Assembly (NCBI GenBank): GCA_051313645.2
Contig: JBNRSN020000015.1
Span: forward strand, 100,936,001 to 101,000,000
Source: Centroscyllium fabricii
Taxonomy: Eukaryota
Reading direction: 5' to 3'
Length of the DNA stretch: 64,000 nucleotides
In this document: positions 63,811-64,000 of the stretch, piece after piece
How the letters are laid out: each line of letters opens with the position of its first letter
How positions within the stretch are numbered: the first letter of the stretch is position 1
Position numbers and translations under genes: made by a program
Notes under the pieces: model-generated
Seen by the model: the letters and a program-made list of their open reading frames with translations, nothing else
Told to the model about the DNA's origin: nothing
The model's database searches: none

Positions 63811-64000
63811 AACTGACTCTACCCCCTGCATAATAGGAAACTACTGACACAATGATTCAGTGATAAAACTTATAAAGTAATCAGCTTCTATTATTCTTTA
63901 ATGGGCTGTAGCAATGATTGGGGGCTGTCAGTGGATGGATAAGAGGATGTTCTATTGAAAAATAATAGCTCGGGGCAGCGCATTAAAAGAAAAGAAAAAA

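Overview
Vertebrate genomic DNA, most likely from a shark or other cartilaginous fish (HE1-type V-SINEs, Deu-domain SINE, abundant CR1 LINEs). The window holds ALX4 on the + strand: coding exon 1 at 6791-7142, exon 3 at 34132-34257 and exon 4 at 52216-52545. The homeobox-bearing exon 2 was not found and probably lies in the 200-N assembly gap at 31769-31968. The last coding exon of EXT2 lies convergently on the - strand at 62680-62818. Introns and flanks are full of retroelements (CR1, L2, Rex1/Babar, Tx1-like, Vingi-like, SINEs), MITEs and minisatellites. The most striking unexplained structure is two sequence-unrelated families of short Penelope-like insertions. Both form head-to-head hairpins flanked by target-site duplications, carry minimal hammerhead-ribozyme motifs, and have a 3' tail on one arm only. 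All calls come from reading the sequence and recalled homology, with no database searches; repeat boundaries are approximate.
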